Shown in pieces: positions 12,110 through 23,402 of a DNA stretch of 64,000 bases. This stretch comes from Octopus vulgaris (lineage: Eukaryota): assembly GCA_951406725.2 (NCBI GenBank), contig OX597818.1:55428001-55492000 (forward strand), given 5' to 3'. A program made the position numbers and the translations under genes. The notes below the pieces were generated by a model. That model saw nothing but the letters and a program-made list of their open reading frames with translations, did not search any database and had not been told where the DNA came from. Position 1 is the first letter of the stretch. The number at the start of each line of letters is the position of its first letter.

Positions 12110-12483
12110 TCTTTATATATAAAAGTGAAGTTGTGTGTCTGTCTCCTACGATTTAGATTCCTAACTACTCCCACATTTTGCGGTGCAGTGTAGTTGTGAT
12201 TCATATCGAGCCCTTCTGGGTATTAGTGCGCGTCTACGATGAGTCTACGATTTAAAAAAAAATTTACTATAATTTTTTCCCATTTTTAATGCATTTTGTT
12301 GCTATTATATAAGGGAAGTAACTCTCTAAAAATGTATTATTAAATCTCAGAACGTAAAAAGCTACAGTAACACCCGCCTTTGTGGTTAGCCATATTGAGA
12401 TGGCTATTATACTTTACATCTCTAAAAATGCTTATATAGTTATTTCCCTTACAAACCCGAGCAACGCCGGGCGATACTGCTAG
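12110..12483 (+). mobile_element. Non-autonomous Helitron
   Basis: 5' TC, 3' CTAG, subterminal hairpin cccgagcaacgccggg, inserted between A and T with no TSD. Nested in a hAT-MITE remnant starting at 11964. Confidence 0.9.
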
Positions 12484-12534
12484 TCTAATCATAAAAATAA
12501 AGGATTTTTAGTTATTCAGTTATTTAAGGACATG

Positions 12535-12790
12535 CTCCAAGCTCTGGCCAATGGGCGTGCACCTTCATCTCTGTTTTGTCTGTCGCTACTCTAACTGCCT
12601 GTTCCTTACAGCTAACTGATCTTGTACCTCTTCCATTTAACTACATCCCACCCACTCGTCTCTCCACCTCTTTGCTGCCCCCACCTCCAAATCTCCCGGC
12701 TTCGCACTAAGTATTATGGTAAGTCCTTCTTTACCAAAACCTCATCCCTCTGAAATCTTCTCCATGTTTCATGTCTTTCCTGAAAGTGTT
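12535..12790 (+). mobile_element. Decayed CR1-group LINE ORF2 C-terminus
   Basis: Translates as LQALANGRAPSSL... and LRTKYYGKSFFTKTSSL*NLL, matching the SFFPRTxxLWNxLP terminal motif. Confidence 0.6.
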
Positions 12791-13401
12791 ATAGCGGTGT
12801 AGGTAGATAGGTAGCTGAATGGTCTCCCTTGCAAGAAAGGTCATAGAGTAACCTCCCTTTTCTAAGCTTCTCGAAGCATCGTTGTCACGAGGCGTGACCC
12901 TTAATTGATCAAGAAGCTTGGCGTTTCTCTTGGAAGTTTCTAGAATATCTAGCGTTCCATCAATAAAAACAGCTTGCTAACCCTGCTCTTTGCTTCTTAG
13001 TCGATTTGACTTAGAGCCAATCACTTCGTTGCTTTGTCCGTCTATTTTTTTTACGCCCCATGACTGAAAGCCACCTTCGCTGTTGTTCTCCATTTCCTAT
13101 CTCCGATTACTTCATTCAACTAGCTTCTACAATTTGATTCCATGTATCATCATCGATAGAAGAATTAAATATATTTTCCTGTAGTAAATATATAGATTTT
13201 GTATTTATTCCTTCGTCTCTGTTTGAATTCTTGTAATAAGATACACGCAGCCACATCAACACATTGTACTGTCTATATATTTCACTACAGTGTTGACCAA
13301 GTAACATTAAACGAAACATTGACAGCTTTAGTTTTACTCGCAATGTTTCTAAAGCCATCATCATGTCAAAAAAAAAAATCTTTATGTAAATCTTATTTAT
13401 A

Positions 13402-13572
13402 GGTGTAGGAGTGGCTGTGTGGTAAGTAGTTCGCTTACCAACCACATGGTTCTGGATTCAGTTCCATTGCGTGGCACCTTGGGTAAGTGTCTTCTACTAT
13501 AGCCTCGGGCCGACCAAAGCCTTGTGAGTGGATTTGGTAGACGGAAACTGAAAGAAGTCCGTCGTATATATG

Positions 13573-13641
<69 letters not shown>

Positions 13642-13860
13642 TTGTGTGTCTGTGTATGTTCGTGTGTCTGTGTTTGTCTCCCTAGCATTGCTTTACAACC
13701 GATGCTGGTGTGTTTATGTCCCCGTCACTTAGCGGTTCGGCAAAAGAGGCCGTTAGAATAAGTACTAGGCTTACAAAGAATAAGTCCTGGGGTCGATTTA
13801 CTCGACTAAAGGCGGTGCTCCAGCATGGCCGCAGCTAAATGACTGAAACAAGTAAAAGAG
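13402..13860 (+). mobile_element. SINE family A (full length)
   Basis: Matches 8429-8870. Confidence 0.92.
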
Positions 13861-14188
13861 TATATCAGAGATTACATTATCCGATGCATCCCTTTTTTAA
13901 GGCACTAAGGAATGATCTGAGGGGAACTTGGCAACTATTTCTAGCGGGTCGAGTAACATTGATTGTTCTGTACATCTGTTGTTCTTTGGCTTCAAGTCAA
14001 CTCTGATTGATCAGGCGTATAACCAGAAGAAAACCCAGTTGTGACCATCCTTCTTTTTTTAGGGTTATATTCCGTTTACATTATCGAATTATTTACATTA
14101 AATTTTCTAAGATTACATTATTTAATGTAGCTTGTGCAAATGCGAGAGGGAAGGGTATGATTTATGGGAAATATGGCTGCTATATATA

Positions 14189-14410
14189 CTCTTACTCTTT
14201 ACTCTTTTACTTGTTTCAGTCATTTGACTGCGGCTATGCTGGAGCACCGCCTTTTAGTCGAGCAAATCGACCCCAGAGTTTATTCCTTTGTAAGCCTAGT
14301 ACTTATTCTCTCGGTCTCTTTTGCCGAACCGCTAAGTTACGGTGACGTAAACACACCAGCATTGGTTGTCAAGCGATATTGGGAGGACAAACACAGACAC
14401 ACAAACATAT

Positions 14411-14441
<31 letters not shown>

Positions 14442-14614
14442 CACATATATACGACGGGCTTCTTTCAGTTTCCGTCAACCAAATCCACTCACAAGGCTTT
14501 GGTCGGCCCGAGGCTATAATAGAAGACACTTGCCCAAGGTGCCACGCAGTGGGACTGAACCCGGAACCATGTGGTTGGTAAGCAAGCTACTTACCACACA
14601 GCCACTCCTGCGCC
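14189..14614 (-). mobile_element. SINE family A (full length)
   Basis: Reverse complement of family A. Confidence 0.92.
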
Positions 14615-14645
14615 TATATCTAGCAAATGTAACGACTGTATAAAG

Positions 14646-14991
14646 CAATGGTTTTCAACTGGAGTCCATATGGCCCCCTGGGGTCCATATAAAATTTTGT
14701 GGGGTCCACGCAACAAAATAGTAAATAGGGATCCACAATATTACTTTAAGGGCCCCTGAAAAAATTTTGCTTTATATTGGTATGTTTTGCAAGAAACATC
14801 TAGGTTTCTTTCTCTAACATTTTACATGGTTCGATCTACACAGGTTAATGAGTGACGAAGGAAATAGGAATTTTGGAAGAAGTTTCTATGAAACTAGTTT
14901 TTAAACATCAGATGGCTATGGGAGCCCACCAGAATACAATTGTAACCAAAGGGGTCCCTAGATAAAAAAAAAAAATGTTTGAGAACCCCTG
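14646..14991. mobile_element. hAT (Charlie-like) MITE
   Basis: caatggttttcaac / tttgagaacccctg ends; 8-bp TSD gtataaag/atataaag. Homologous to 59446-59801. Confidence 0.85.
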
Positions 14992-15087
14992 ATATAAAGG
15001 TTCTCATATTCTGGTGTTCGCCAGAGTGGAAGCAGGTGATCTCTGAAGACTTGTTTACAGTGCGTCATTTGCCGTAGCTTTACGCTA

Positions 15088-15392
15088 GGCGCAGGCGTGG
15101 TTGTGTGGTTAAAAAGCTCGCTTTAGAAGCGCGTGGTTTTGGGTTCAGTCCCATTGCGCGGCACTATGGGCAAGTGTCTTCTATTATAGCCGACCAATGA
15201 CACCTGAGTGAATTTAGTAGTTGTAAACTGCGTGAAAGTGCGTTGTGTGTATGTGTCCACACTGCTAAACAAACGTTGTTGGTTTGTTTACGTCCCCGTA
15301 ACTTAGCGTTTTGGCTAAGTCCCGGAGTTGATTTCTTCGGCTAAAAAAACCTTTTAGGCAGTGCCCCAGCATGGCCGCAGACCAATGACTAG
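15088..15392 (+). mobile_element. Diverged SINE family A
   Basis: ggcgcaggcgtggttgtgtggttaa head through the cagcatggccgcag tail. Confidence 0.8.
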
Positions 15393-15428
15393 AAGGTAGT
15401 CATTGGTGATGACTACCTTCTAGACTAA

Positions 15429-15845
15429 GGCGGCGAGCTGGTAGAAACGTTAGCACGCCGGGCGAAATGCTTAGCGGTATTTCGTCTGCCGTTACGTTCT
15501 GAGTTCAAATCCCGCCGAGGTCGACTTTGCCTTTCATCCTCTCGGGATCGATAAATTAAGTACTAGTTACGCACTTAGGTCAATGTAATCGACTTAATCC
15601 GTTTGTCTGTCCTCGTTTGTCCTCTCTGTGTTTAGCCCCTTGTGGGTAGTAAAGAAATAGGCATTTCGTCTGCCGCTACGTTCTGAGTTCAGATTTCGCT
15701 GAGGTCGACTTTGCCTTTCATCCTCTCGGGGTCGATAAATTAAGTACCAGTTACGCACTGGGGTCGATATAATCGACTTAATCCGTTTGTCTGTCCTTGT
15801 TTGTCCCCTCTGTGTTTAGCCCCTTTGTGGGCAGTAAAGAAATAG
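15429..15845 (+). mobile_element. SINE family B dimer
   Basis: Head ggcggcgagctggtagaaacgttagc, then two tandem body units. Flanked by the 18-bp duplication aggtagtcattggtgatg. Confidence 0.9.
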
Positions 15846-17000
15846 GTAGTCATTGGTGATGTACAACGCAACCCAGTGTTTGGGGGACAAATGTAGCTTC
15901 GTGATGTCCCAACTATTTCTCTGTAGATGTGTTTTCTTACGTTTGTCATCTCTTTTCTTAGGATGTTGTTTTAGTTGTGTTCTGGGTGTCTCTCATATGT
16001 TTTTTGGGGTGTTGCGGTGGTTATTTCATGTGGTTGCAGAAACTGTGGGCGTTGTAGCTTGTTGCAGCAATAGACTGTGTCCCTCGCATGTCCAGCTGGT
16101 TTCATATTTTTAAAAATTTCCATCCCGCTGTGCATGTTGTTCATAGGTGGGATGTGTTTGCGACCCTTTTTTCTGATGAATGGTGCGTAGCTCTCTCTAC
16201 TTCGTTGTAGGTGTTAAATGCAGAGAGAAACAGGCAGATACGGCTTGTGTAGTCTACGATGGCTCTATAGTGTACCGTTTATACAGTATTAGGGTTGTTT
16301 CTGTTCTGTTGGCCATCTGTGCAACCTGTGTCTGCTATGAGTACGACTGCGCGTTGTTTTACTTTATTTTGTCATCTATGCATTATGGGGCGGTGTAAGG
16401 TGGCGAGCTGGCAGAACTGTTAGCATGCCGGGTGAAATACTTAACGGTATTTCGTCTGTCTTTACGTTCTGAGTTCAACTTCCGCCGAGGTCGACTTCGC
16501 CTTTCATCCTTTTGGGGTCGATTAAATAAGTACCAGTTATGCACTGGGTCGATATAATCGACTTAATACCTTTGTCTGTCCTTGTTTGTCCCCTCTATGT
16601 TTAGCCCCTTGTGGGCAATAAAGAAATAAGAAACGTTAGCACACCGGGTGGAATACTTAACTGTATTTCGTCTGTCTTTACGTTCTGAGTTCAAATTCCG
16701 CCGAGATCGACTTCGCCTTTCATCCTTTTGGGGTCGATTAAGTAAGTACCAGTTGCGTAGTGGGGTCGATCCAATCAACTGGCCTCCTCCCCCAAAATTT
16801 CGGGCCTTGTGCCTAGAATAGAAACTATTACGAGGCGGGGTTTTTTGTAACCCCGAGTATTTTTGTGTGTTGTTGAGGGCGATGCTTGGTTACATTCGAT
16901 GTTGTTTGGTGTTGCCAATGAGAAGGGTGCTATGGAATAATTGGTGCTACTTTAAGAGGTGTTTTGGGGCCAGGTTGGGTTGCACGTCACCAATGACTAC
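15845..17000 (+). mobile_element. Decayed TIR DNA transposon, possibly Merlin/IS1016-like
   Basis: 28-bp imperfect TIR gtagtcattggtgatgtacaacgcaacc / ggttgggttgcacgtcaccaatgactac. Internal FFGVLR and SDEW (16172-16183) resemble Merlin WVFGG and SDxW motifs. A SINE B copy is inserted at 16398-16825. Confidence 0.5.
16398..16825 (+). mobile_element. SINE family B dimer
   Basis: Two body units; the second ends in the alternative ggccttgtgcctagaataga tail. Confidence 0.88.
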
Positions 17001-17863
17001 TTTTCACTCCTTTAAATCATTGGTCTACAGCCATGCTGGAGCACTGCCTTAGTCAATAAAATCGACCCCCAGTATTTATTTTTAAAGTTTGGTACTTACT
17101 CTATTGGACCCTTTTGCCAAACCACTAAGTTAAAGGGACGTAAACGAGAAACACAGGTTGTGAAGAAGTGGCTGCGTGCGCAAGCACACACACACATACA
17201 TTAATATAAGACCGGAATAGTTGTGCACTAGTTTCTAAAGAATGGCAGGAAGTCTGAGTGTGATTTTATTTGTGTGTGGGGCCTTGTAGGAAGAACGCGC
17301 AAGGAGTCTTGAGTCTGGGACTCATACAGCCGGTTACTCGGTTCCATGGTGAATAAGTGACCGAGATCACAATACCCCATCACCACCACCACCACCACCA
17401 CCGAATGTGACCCCAGTCCAACGCAGGGTTTATTTATTTACACAACTTTGCCTTGAAATCGAAACAAAGATCTGAAGATCGTGAGTGCAACAGCCAAACC
17501 ACTGGTTCACGTACCTCCACAACGTTGTGTAGCTTAAAGAATGATTTAACAGATTCTGGTAATATCAGGTTGAGTAAAAAGTAAGCAACGTTTTGAACCA
17601 TGAAGAATTTGTACCGGATTTTTGCAGAGTTTTGAATTTTTTAAAAACATTTAAAACATAGGCGTAGGAGTGGCTGTGTGTTAAGTAGCTTGCTTACCAA
17701 CCACATGGTTCCGGGTTCAGTCGCACTGCGTGGCACCTTGGGTTAGTGTCTTCTACTATAGCCTCGGGCCGACCAAAGCCTTGTGAGTGGATTGGTGGAT
17801 GGAAAAAATCCAAACTTACAGGGAAAAATTCAATTTAGTATTAAATCAAATTTCACAATATAA

Positions 17864-17902
<39 letters not shown>

Positions 17903-17907
<5 letters not shown>

Positions 17908-18098
17908 GAAAAACCACTATTATGTAATTCAAACAATGATAGACAGAAATTAAATCATACAGAAAAAATAAATATATTATAAAACATACAACTAGATCAC
18001 AAAAAGTACAGTTATATGTTTTATAATATTTTTATTTTTTCTTTATGATTTGATTTCTGTCTATCATTGTTTGAATTACATAATAGTGGTTTTTCTCT

Positions 18099-18100
<2 letters not shown>
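17903..18100. repeat. AT-rich foldback element in a microsatellite
   Basis: ttagagaaaaaccactattatgtaattcaaacaatgatagacagaaat is perfectly inverted at the right end; arms about 90 bp. Confidence 0.88.
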
Positions 18101-18152
<52 letters not shown>

Positions 18153-18161
18153 AAGAAAAAA

Positions 18162-18281
18162 GAGGCAGTTAGAACTTTGAATAATTATTTATGAGCGTTC
18201 GTTTAACCGAACTCTTCTTGAAGAGTTCGGTTAAACGAACGAAAGCTCTAATAACGAATTATCCAAAATCCTGACTGCCTC
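18162..18281. mobile_element. Palindromic PLE-pLTR derivative pivoting on a hammerhead core
   Basis: Arms meet at ctcttc-tt-gaagag. The right arm reads (T)TGAAGA-GTTCG(gttaaa)CGAAC-GAAA-GC-TC. Confidence 0.75.
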
Positions 18282-18509
18282 CTCTTTCTCAATATACAAT
18301 ATCTGTACACCACTCCAAACATTCTATACATACATACATACAAAAATACCCTGTTGTTGATGTTAAAATTCCAATGAAAGAGCCTTGGATCTAGATTATA
18401 AATTGGTTCTTTCTCTATTGGCAAGAAATCTTGAAATAAACTTAATGACATCCATCCATCCATCCATACATACATACACACACACACATATATATATATA
18501 CTATATATG

Positions 18510-18546
<37 letters not shown>

Positions 18547-18579
18547 AAAATCGTAATGGCTGCAATGGTTCCTTCAAAT

Positions 18580-19444
18580 CCTCGACGTGTACGTGAATAA
18601 CTTTGTTTGACCGTACGGCTATTACATTTTGACATTCCCTTGCAATTTTCTGTCGTCCGATAGATGGAAGTGTTCAAGGTCGTGTTCTATACAGAGGGTA
18701 CATATCTTGCGTTGTGTGTTCCTGGCTTCTTTATACTGTTTTGGAGAAAGATTTCGGTAAAATATTTGAAGAGAGAATTTGCTGGCTCTTGAAGTGTGAA
18801 TTTGTTACTTGATGTTGTTATTCTGATACGAGGTGTGGCGTGTCTTATCGGTGCTGCTAATTACCTTTATAGCGTTTTCTTTTCTTTTTTTTTTTTTCAT
18901 ATGAGTGTAGTTTATGTCGAACACAAGTGTTTGCCAGGCTTCTGTTTTTCTTTGGATAATCTTTTGCGTTATTTATGAGTTTAGTAGCTTTGCCAAAGGA
19001 GGAGAAATAGTTGGCGGAGATTTTCTTTTTACAGTTGAATCACCTTCATTGAAAAATCTCATCTGGAATTGAATCCGATCCAGAAGTTTTGCCACTGGGA
19101 GAGCATCTTCAGCGTTTGCTGGGACTCTGACAATGTTGGTGAGACAGCTAGCTCTTAGTTAATGGGTGTTTGGAGAAATATGCTTTTAGTTTCGTACTAT
19201 TACTCTTTCACTCTTTTGCTTGTTTCAGTCATTTTGACTGCGGCCATGCTGGAGCACCGCCTTTTAGTCGAGCAAATCGACCTCGGGACTTATTCTTTGG
19301 AAGCCTAGTACTTATTCTGTCGGTCTCTTTTTGCCGAACCGCTAAGTTACGGACACGTAAACACACCAGCATCGGTTGTCACGCGATGTTGGGAGGACAA
19401 ACACAGACACACAAACATACACACACACACATACATATAAATAT

Positions 19445-19488
<44 letters not shown>

Positions 19489-19900
19489 TATATATATGCA
19501 TATATACGACGGGCTTCTTTCAGTTTCCGTCTACCAATTTCACTCACAAGGCTTTGGTCGGCCCGAGGCTATAGTAGAAGACACTTGCTCAAGGTGCCAT
19601 GCAGTGGGACTGAACCCGGAACCATGTGGTTTGTAAGCAACCTACTTACCACACGTAATATATTCATCTTTGTTCATGGTGGAATCGGAGTTGTTAGAGT
19701 AAGCAAGGTAGAGACGGCGTTTCTCACCTAGACTTTGTTTCTCGTATCAATTTTTGATAAACCAATCCTTGAATGAGCGCGGGACCACAGTGTTGTTGAT
19801 AAGTTCTCTATATCTTAGCCTGCAAATTTCATTTCTTTCTGTCAAGGCAAGAGAAAGGATGTCAGGCGTTTTCTGATATGTTACACGGCGTAGTATGCTC
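18580..19900 (-). mobile_element. Possible highly decayed Penelope-like ORF (split by a SINE A)
   Basis: Minus-strand fragments KICTLCIE and GMSKCNS resemble the PLE C-terminal CxLCxxEK...SKCRH pattern; many stops and frameshifts. Confidence 0.3.
19200..19654 (-). mobile_element. SINE family A
   Basis: Reverse complement of family A; head slightly truncated. Confidence 0.9.
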
Positions 19901-20252
19901 GAATAGTTAAGTTCATTTCGCAACCACGAGATCTTGGTTTCAATCTCTCTGGGCGGCGCCCTAAATGTCACTTACTATGGCTTCGAATCAAGTTACATAT
20001 TGTCGTTGAAACTGGGTTGACGGAAACTGCATAGAAGCCCGTTGGGTAAATCATTTGTAATTCAAAAAGGTACATCTTTGTCCCTCACTGTATCACTTTG
20101 AATCTACCTGAGAATTTCCGTTAACGATGTGCAGGGCAACGGAATGCTTAGATTCTTAAACGTTGATTCAGGTGCAACTAATTCAGTTCAACGAACAACT
20201 CCCATCGTCAGGAGAGAAATCTACCACCACCACCACCACCACCACTACCATC

Positions 20253-20291
<39 letters not shown>

Positions 20292-20292
20292 T

Positions 20293-20648
20293 AAGTGCAG
20301 GTGTGGCTGTGTGGTAAGAAATTTGCTTTCCAACCACATGTTTCTGGGTTCAGCCCCATGCGTGTCACCTTTGGTGTGTCTACTTCTACTATATCCTCGG
20401 ACTGGCGAAAGCCTTGTGAGCGGATCTGGTAGACGGAATCTAAAAGAAGTCCGTTATATACGTGTGTGTGTGTGTGTGTGTGTATGTGTGTCCACCGCTT
20501 AACAAACTGTGTTGGTGTGTTTACGTTCTCGTAACTTAGCGGTTAGGCAAATGAGATCGATTGAATAAGTGAGAGGCTTTAAAAAAATGTAAGTACTACG
20601 GGTCATACATTCGACTAAAAATCCTTAAACGCTGTGCCCCAGCATGGT
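20293..20648 (+). mobile_element. Diverged SINE family A
   Basis: gtggctgtgtggtaag head through gtgccccagcatgg. Confidence 0.8.
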
Positions 20649-20783
20649 AGTACATATATGCTGATAGATAGACGGACGGACAGACAGACAGACAGACTGA
20701 CTGACTGACTGACAAGTAGGTTGGTAGGTAGGTAGGTAGGTAAGTAGGTAGGTAAGTAGGTATTGGCAAGCAGGCAAGCAGGC

Positions 20784-20861
<78 letters not shown>

Positions 20862-21174
20862 GATAAAAAGGTGCAATTGGCACATTACAACATAATTCCT
20901 TCATAAATTTCGGAAGCAGACTAAAGTATTTATGCAACGCTCGTGTGCAGACGACCGTAACATTGCCATTATGGCGCGCAGTCAGCCATAACAATGTAAC
21001 CGGGTTGGCGCTCTAAATACATTGAATAGATGCATTGAAGACGACCGACTGCAGTTTAAGAGATAAGTTGTATCGGTTTTCATAATCGGTATTGATTATC
21101 GAGAAGTTATTGTTCCGGTTTTGCTTTCATTTTATTATTTTTATAAATTAATGCGGTTTTTGCGTAACTTAGAG

Positions 21175-21614
21175 CAGTGGCGCTCAAAAACTATTTTTTA
21201 ACTATGGGCCCCTTTGATTCTTATTTTATTCCACTAGACCCCCCCCCATAGCTTTTTGATGTTTAAAACATCCTATTATATTCTTGTAATTAAATATTAG
21301 GAATTGTAAGGCAGCGAGCTGGCAAAATCGTGAGCATGCCGGTCATAATGCTTAGCGGCATTTCGTTCGGCTTTATGTTCTGAGTGCAAATTCCGCCGAG
21401 GTCGACTTTGCCTTTCGTCCTGTCGGTGGTCGATAAAATAAGTACCAGTTGAGTACTGGGGGTCGATGTAATCGACTTAACTCGTTCCTAAAATTGCTGG
21501 CGTTGTGCCAAAATTTGAAACCAATATTAATAGGGATTTATTGCATATAAATTTGAATAGCAAAATCTAATAGGGACTCTTAAGGGTCAAATGAACCCCG
21601 GATGAGAACCCCTG
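21175..21614. mobile_element. hAT MITE with nested SINE B (21310-21525)
   Basis: cagtgg... / ...gagaacccctg ends; TSD acttagag/agttagag. Confidence 0.75.
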
Positions 21615-21759
21615 AGTTAGAGGATGAGGGGAAACACCCACCATAATTTTCAGGGCTCGCGTAATGGTGGCGGAGGAAGGGAGCAAATTATCCTCAGACT
21701 AGAAACCCGGCCCAAATTACTGGACCAGAGTAGAAATTTGTTAAAAGGTACCCCAATAA

Positions 21760-22320
21760 GATGTGTTGGTGGTTGTAGCGATGGTATCTAAACGGGTGTT
21801 GTGACGATTGTACCACCCTGGGTATTTGATTGATGTTGTAAATGGATTGCTACAGTTTGGGTGGTAGTAGCTACGGTATTATAAGTGTGTTGTTGTTTTA
21901 GTCGTGAAGGTGATGTTGGCGGTGGTTAGGATTTAAGTGGTGCTACTAGTTGTAGAGGCAGTAGTTGGTAGTGGTGACGGTGTGTTAATGGTAGTAGTGG
22001 CTATGGTGGTGTAGTGACGGGGCAGTTGGTAGTGTAGATGATGGTAGGGATTATTTTAATGGTGGTGGTGTTGGTGGGAATGGTGTTGCGGTGCTAGTAT
22101 TATTGTTGATAGTGTAAGTGGTAGTTGATGGTAGTAGTTACGTAGGTAGTTGTAATGATGTTGGCAATGGTTTGGCATTGGTGGCGATGGTATCGTTGGT
22201 GGTGGTCAGGTGGTGGTCAGGTGGTGGCGATGACGGTGGCGGCAGAAATGGCGATGTAGCTAGAGGCACTGGTAGTAGTAGTAGTAGTGGTGATGGTAGA
22301 GGTGGTGGTGGTAGTAAGAC
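21760..22320. repeat. Degenerate (GGT/AGT)n low-complexity tract
   Basis: Directly visible. Confidence 0.85.
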
Positions 22321-22890
22321 TGTTTCTAAAAAGCAGACACTATCAGCGAAGTGCAACAGCTAACTTGCTCATGCACCGTTGTTTTGTTAAAAGGGTGTAT
22401 GCGCAACATGCAGACTACCGTTAATTAAAACACAGGTGTGAATAAAAGTGAAAAGGAGGCGGTGTGTGGAGGAGGAGGATGGAAGCAGGTATATTTTTGG
22501 TGTTTGTGCGATATCTCGTCCAAGCTGATGTTGATAAGGTGTGTTACTTGCACATGGCATGAGCGTCTGTTTTCGTTTGTTACCTGACGTACATAAAAAG
22601 GGATGCACCTGTAAAACCTTGAAGAGTCTGCCATTGTTGAGGAGCGGTGGCGCAAAGGTCAGCCAGTTTACTTTCGATATTATTTTTGTATCGAGAGTTG
22701 CAAGTACTTGCGTTTTAAAAAGTGAAGGCATATTATATCATAAGTTCGCGTGGAAACTGCTTGGTTTTGGGTTCAATCCCACTGCGAGACACACCGGGCA
22801 AGTGTGTTGTAATTAGACCCTTGGGCCGAGGAATGCCTTGTGAGCGAATTCGGGTGACAGAGACTGTGTGGAAGCACGTCGTACATACAT

Positions 22891-22936
<46 letters not shown>

Positions 22937-22944
<8 letters not shown>

Positions 22945-23045
22945 GGGAGTATAACTCCAAACTTACAGGGAAAAATTTGTTATTATATATATATATATAT
23001 ATATAATATTGGAGTATAACTCCAAACTTACAGGGAAAAATTTGT

Positions 23046-23098
<53 letters not shown>

Positions 23099-23131
23099 GT
23101 GAGTATAACTCCAAACTTACAGGGAAAAATG

Positions 23132-23137
<6 letters not shown>
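22937..23137. repeat. Three ~45-bp units interleaved with (TA)n
   Basis: gagtataactccaaacttacagggaaaaat occurs three times; the same core is also at ~17808-17830. Confidence 0.9.
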
Positions 23138-23198
<61 letters not shown>

Positions 23199-23301
23199 CA
23201 TACATATATATATATATATATGTATGTATGTATATATATATATGTATGTATATATATATATGTATGTATATATATATATGTATGTATATATATATATGTA
23301 T

Positions 23302-23342
<41 letters not shown>

Positions 23343-23366
23343 TGTATGTATATATATATATGTATG

Positions 23367-23402
<36 letters not shown>

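Noticed and set aside
22360-22700. E-box/homeobox/CRE word clusters (also 29450-29540)
   Set aside because: Short motifs are expected by chance; an enhancer call needs conservation or chromatin data.
22937-23137. CRISPR-like repeat-spacer look
   Set aside because: Spacers are pure (TA)n, the context is eukaryotic, and no cas genes are present.
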